From the NCBI RefSeq assembly GCF_963921235.1, contig NC_086097.1:106022001-106086000 (forward strand): 64,000 nucleotides of DNA, written 5' to 3'. Source of the DNA: Mobula hypostoma (lineage: Eukaryota). Positions 59,905 through 64,000 of this stretch are shown here, one piece after another. Both the position numbers and the translations under genes were made by a program. Within the stretch, counting starts at the first letter, position 1; the number at the start of each line of letters is the position of its first letter. The notes beneath the pieces are model-generated. The model worked only from the letters and a program-made list of their open reading frames with translations. It was not told where the DNA came from and ran no database searches.

Positions 59905-60194
59905 GCATGGGATTAGCAGTTAGCACAATGTTATTACAGCTCAGGGCATCGGTCTTTGGAGTTTAATCCAGCATCATCTGTAAGGAGTCTCTATGTTCTC
60001 CCTGTGGAATGCATGAGTTTTCTCCAGGAGCTCTGGTTTCCTCCCACAGTCCAAAAATGTACCAGTTAGTTGGTTAATTGGTCATTCTAAATTGTCCTAT
60101 GATTAGGGTAGGGTAGGGTTAAATCAGTTGGTGGGGAGGGGGTCTTGACAGCTCGGCTTGAGGGCCTGTTCCACACTGTATCTCAATAAATAAA
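59905..60194 (+). mobile_element. V-SINE-like tRNA-derived SINE
   Basis: Decayed A/B-box head; central gttctccctgtg...ctctggtttcctcccacagtccaaa domain; tail ctgtatctcaataaataaa. A weaker copy lies at ~46940-47040. Confidence 0.75.
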
Positions 60195-60299
60195 TTTGCT
60201 TTTAGTCACACACTGAACTTTCTCTGTCAGTTTCATTTTTCATATAGGTTCTCTATCATTGAACCAACCACATTCACCTTCCACCCCCCCCCCCCAGTT

Positions 60300-60806
60300 T
60301 ATACTGCTTCCTTTCATCCTTCTTACCAGTATGTTACACTTGGCATTTCTCAGCACTAAATGCCATCTGCCACCTCTCAGCCCATTCCACCAGTCTGTCT
60401 GTCCTTGAAGTTATTCTTATCCTCTTCATAATTCACAGTGCATCCGAGGTCTTCTTCATCAGCAAATTTGGAAACTGTGTCGTGTACATGTAAGTTGAAA
60501 TCGTTAAGATATATAAAGGAAGGCAAAGGTCCTATTGAGGAACCTTGGGGAATACCATTTCCCTGCAGTTCCAAACACAATCTTTTATTGCTGCTCTGTG
60601 CTTTAGTGATTTAGTTTACTATCCATGCTGCAACAAATGCTTTCATTCTATAAAATCGAATCTTCATGGTTCCCATTATGAGGTTTGTTAAGGTTTGCAT
60701 ATACTACATCAACTAGATTTCCCTCATTTACTTTCTCTGTGCTTTCACCAAAACAATCTGTCCAGCTGTTTGACACAATTTGCCTCTAGCAAGTTCATGC
60801 TGCTTT
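60300..60806 (-). mobile_element. Very old CR1 RT fragment
   Basis: GIPQGSSIGP, YLND, SKFADE, WQM remnants. Confidence 0.65.
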
Positions 60807-60814
60807 CTCTAATC

Positions 60815-61411
60815 CAGTGGTCCCCAACCTCCAGGCCGCGAAGCATGCAGGGGTGTAGCAGTAGCCGGAGTGCACCCAACACATCTTTAAGAAAAAAGCC
60901 GAAATAAACAAGCTAATTAATTAGGTGCCGCCCAGCACGTAAATGTTGGCCCAGATCAGAGGCGATTGCTGATTTCACTTGCTCTACGCGACGTTCACTC
61001 CTCTTTCCAGGGCGCTGGAGCCTTTAGCTGTTCCATTGTTTGGTTAATTTAAACACCAGCCTAGACAGGCTGTAAAGACAGGGCTGTCAGGATCGAGGTG
61101 ACATGTTGAATCTACACAAACTTCTAATAAAGTATAGGTGCTGCCGTGCTTTCTTTGTAATGACAGTCACGTGCTGGTCCCAGGACAGATCCTCTGGCAC
61201 TTTTCAGAGAGAGAAACGTCGATCCTTAATGCCGAAGAATTTAAAGTTATTGACTCTCTCCACCTCAGTTCCCCCAGCGAAGACTGGCTTCTGGGCGGCA
61301 CCTAATTAATTAGTTTGTTTACTTTGGCTTTTTTCTTAAAGATGAGCTGGGTGCGCTCCGCCTACCGCTGCACCCCTGCATGCTTCGTGGCCCGGAGGTT
61401 GAGGACCACTG
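60815..61411. mobile_element. hAT-type non-autonomous element with ~115-bp TIRs
   Basis: CAGTGGTCCCCAACCTCC...GGAGGTTGAGGACCACTG; exact 8-bp TSD CTCTAATC (60807-60814, 61412-61419). Confidence 0.92.
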
Positions 61412-61762
61412 CTCTAATCAATTCACGTAACTGTTTCTATGCCTTATTAGTGATTCCATATTGTTGTCAGACCTCAGGAACAATACTTAGACCTGAAGAT
61501 GTATGGAAGTTTCAGGGCATGTGCAACTGTGTCAAAATCTGCCAAACACTGTTTACCTGCGATGAAGACAGGTTCACCCAGTTAAACAACTCATGTTTTG
61601 TCAATACCCAGTTAAGTATTTGCAAAACAATGAATTCAGCATTTTTCCAACAGCTGATGTTATTTTTTACTCACCCTTTCTACTTTCCAGTCCAGCTGGA
61701 CCAGTTTAAAAACTGAGAAATTTTGGCATATAGCAATCGACAAATCTACAATATCTGTTGTC

Positions 61763-61950
61763 ACACCAAAATGCTGGAGGAACTTACCAGGTCAGGCAGT
61801 ATCTACTGTATGGAGAGGAATGAACAGTCAACATTTTGGGCTGAGAGCTTTCATCAGTCCTAAAACATTGACAGTTTATTGCTGTCCATTGATGCTGCCT
61901 AACTTGCTCAGCTCCTCCAACATTTTGTGTGTGCTTTCCAGCATTTTTTG
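61763..61950. mobile_element. Old fold-back PLE-end mini-element
   Basis: aaaatgctggaggaact...aacagtcaacatttt pairs with aaaacattgacagtt...ctcctccaacatttt; degenerate antisense HHR gggctgagagctttcatcag. Confidence 0.65.
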
Positions 61951-62644
61951 TGGTGGTTATTTCTTTTAAAAGATGAGAAACATTTAATCCACAGAAATAT
62001 TGATATTAATCATTTTAATTTCCTGACTTGCTATTACCCCCTGTTATTTCCCACACACGTTTGGTGTTCCTTACTGTGAAGTTAAATGTACAATACATTT
62101 TAAATGTTCCTAATATTCCCTTATTGACACCATAATTCCTCCTGTCTCAGCTTCCAGGGAATCCAAAATGACCTTCATTACTTCCTTTTCACTTATTTGC
62201 AGATTATCTGCAGTTATATTTCTTACTAGCTTATGATAATGATTTCCACTTTTCATCATTGTTAGATCTTCATTTGCTCCTCATCTTCAAGCCTTTTGAT
62301 CATTAAAATCCTCAGTTTTCCATTGGATAATCAATATTTTTTGTAAGTCATGATGGAATACCTTCCTTGTAAAGCTTTTATTTCTCAGCGGAACATAATT
62401 TTGTTGAGAATTTTCAAACATTTTTTAGATGTATACCATTCCTCAACTACCCTAATTTCCCATTCCATCCTTGTCCTTCACCTGCATATACTTGGCTTAA
62501 TTTAAGTTTAACGCTCTAAACTCCCACAATTCTGACTCAATTATCATTCCAAACATCACTTCATTGTGCTTTCATCTACCAAGGTCCTACTCTGTAGAAA
62601 TCCCATTTTCCATTTGAAAAACTCACTGCATATGCTGAAAATCT

Positions 62645-64000
62645 GAAACACAGAAACATAGAAAATAGGTGCAGGAGTAGGCCATTTGGCCCTTCGAGCC
62701 TGCACCGCCATTTATTATGATCATGGCTGATCATCCAACTCAGAACCCTGCACCAGCCTTCCCTTCATACCCCCTGATCCCCGTATCCACAAGGGCCATA
62801 TCTAACTCCCTCTTAAATATAGCCAATGAACTGGCCTCAACTGTTTCCTGTGGCAGAGAATTCCACAGATTCACCACTCTCTGTGTGAAGACGTTTTTCC
62901 TAATCTCGGTCCTAAAAGCCCTTATCCTCAAACTGCGACCCCTCGTTCTGGACTTCCCCAACATCAGGAACAATCCCCCTGCATCTAGCCTGTCCAATCC
63001 CTTTAGAATTTTATACGTTTCAATAAGATCCCCCCCTCAATCTTCTAAATTCCAACGAGTATAAGCCTAGTTCATCCAGTCTTTCATCATATGAAAGTCC
63101 TGCCATCCCAGGAATCAATCTGGTGAACTTTCTTTGTACTCCCTCTATGGCAAGGATGTCTTTCCTCAGATTAGGGGACCAAAACTGCACACAATACTCC
63201 AGGTGTGGTCTCACCAAGGCCTTGTACAACTGCAGTAGTACCTCCCTGCTCCTGTACTCGAATCCTCTCGCTATAAATGCCAGCATACCATTCGCCTTTT
63301 TCACTGCCTGCTGTACCTGCATGCCCACTTTCAATGACTGGTGTATAATGACACCCAGGTCTCGTTGCACCTCCCCTTTTCCTAATCGGCCACCATTCAG
63401 ATAATAATCTGTTTTCCTATTTTTGCCACCAAAGTGGATAACTTCACATTTATCCACATTAAATTGCATCTGCCATGAATTTGCCCACTCACCCAACCTA
63501 TCCAAGTCACCCTGCATCCTCTTAGCATCCTCCTCACAGCTAACACTGCCGCCCAGCTTCGTGTCATCCGCAAACTTGGAGATGCTGCATTTAATTCCCT
63601 CATCCAAGTCATTAATATATATTGTAAACAACTGGGGTCCCAGCACTGAGCCTTGCGGTACCCCACTAGTCACTGCCTGCCATTCTGAAAAGGTCCCGTT
63701 TATTCCCACTCTTTGCTTCCTGTCTGCTAACCAATTCTCTATCCACATCAATACCTTACCCCCAATACCGTGTGCTTTAAGTTTGCACACTAATCTCCTG
63801 TGTGGGACCTTGTCAAAAGCCTTTTGAAAATTCAAATATACTACATCCACTGGTTCTCCCCTATCCATTCTACTAGTTACAACCTTAAAAAATTCTATGA
63901 GATTCGTCAGACATGATTTTCCTTTCACAATTCCATGCTGACTGTGTCCGATGATTTCACCGCTTTCCAAATGTGCTGTTATCACATCTTTGATAACTGA
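62645..64000 (-). mobile_element. Young CR1 LINE (continues past window end)
   Basis: Tail (TTTCTATG)-like at 62645-62665, 3' hairpin region, long RT open frame. Confidence 0.95.
63020..63985 (-). CDS. CR1 ORF2 reverse transcriptase (partial; frameshift near the C-terminus)
   Basis: [56 protein letters not shown]. Confidence 0.85.
   Translation of the reverse strand: MITAHLESGEIIGHSQHGIVKGKSCLTNLIEFFKVVTSRMDRGEPVDVVYLNFQKAFDKVPHRRLVCKLKAHGIGGKVLMWIENWLADRKQRVGINGTFSEWQAVTSGVPQGSVLGPQLFTIYINDLDEGIKCSISKFADDTKLGGSVSCEEDAKRMQGDLDRLGEWANSWQMQFNVDKCEVIHFGGKNRKTDYYLNGGRLGKGEVQRDLGVIIHQSLKVGMQVQQAVKKANGMLAFIARGFEYRSREVLLQLYKALVRPHLEYCVQFWSPNLRKDILAIEGVQRKFTRLIPGMAGLSYDERLDELGLYSLEFRRLRGGSY

Overview
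Eukaryotic DNA made mostly of nested, decayed transposable elements. The mix of CR1 LINEs with a Zn-finger/leucine-zipper/esterase ORF1, Penelope-like elements (PLEs), Rex1/Babar, L2, a V-SINE and Tc1 points to a vertebrate, most likely a cartilaginous fish; this is an inference, not a database result. I found no host protein-coding gene, tRNA, rRNA or CRISPR array. Main contents: (i) a 5'-truncated Mag-like Gypsy element (3703-7958) carrying two nested solo LTRs; (ii) a full-length decayed CsRn1-type Gypsy element (48384-52656) with a tRNA-Trp PBS, CHCC gag knuckle and 4-bp TSD; (iii) two near-full-length CR1s (13844-19261, 36170-44066) and many CR1 fragments; (iv) several PLEs whose 3' ends carry minimal hammerhead-ribozyme (HHR) motifs; (v) three hAT-type non-autonomous elements. 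The most unusual signals are three. First, a CR1-fragment/(TTTACTAAAA)n/PLE chimera occurs twice with the same junction but different repeat counts and different 3' UTRs. Second, small fold-back elements of about 210-240 bp are built from the PLE ribozyme-plus-tail region, and two of them have 14-bp target-site duplications. Third, several locally templated inverted insertions are present. Boundaries were read by eye and are approximate unless a TSD or TIR is quoted.
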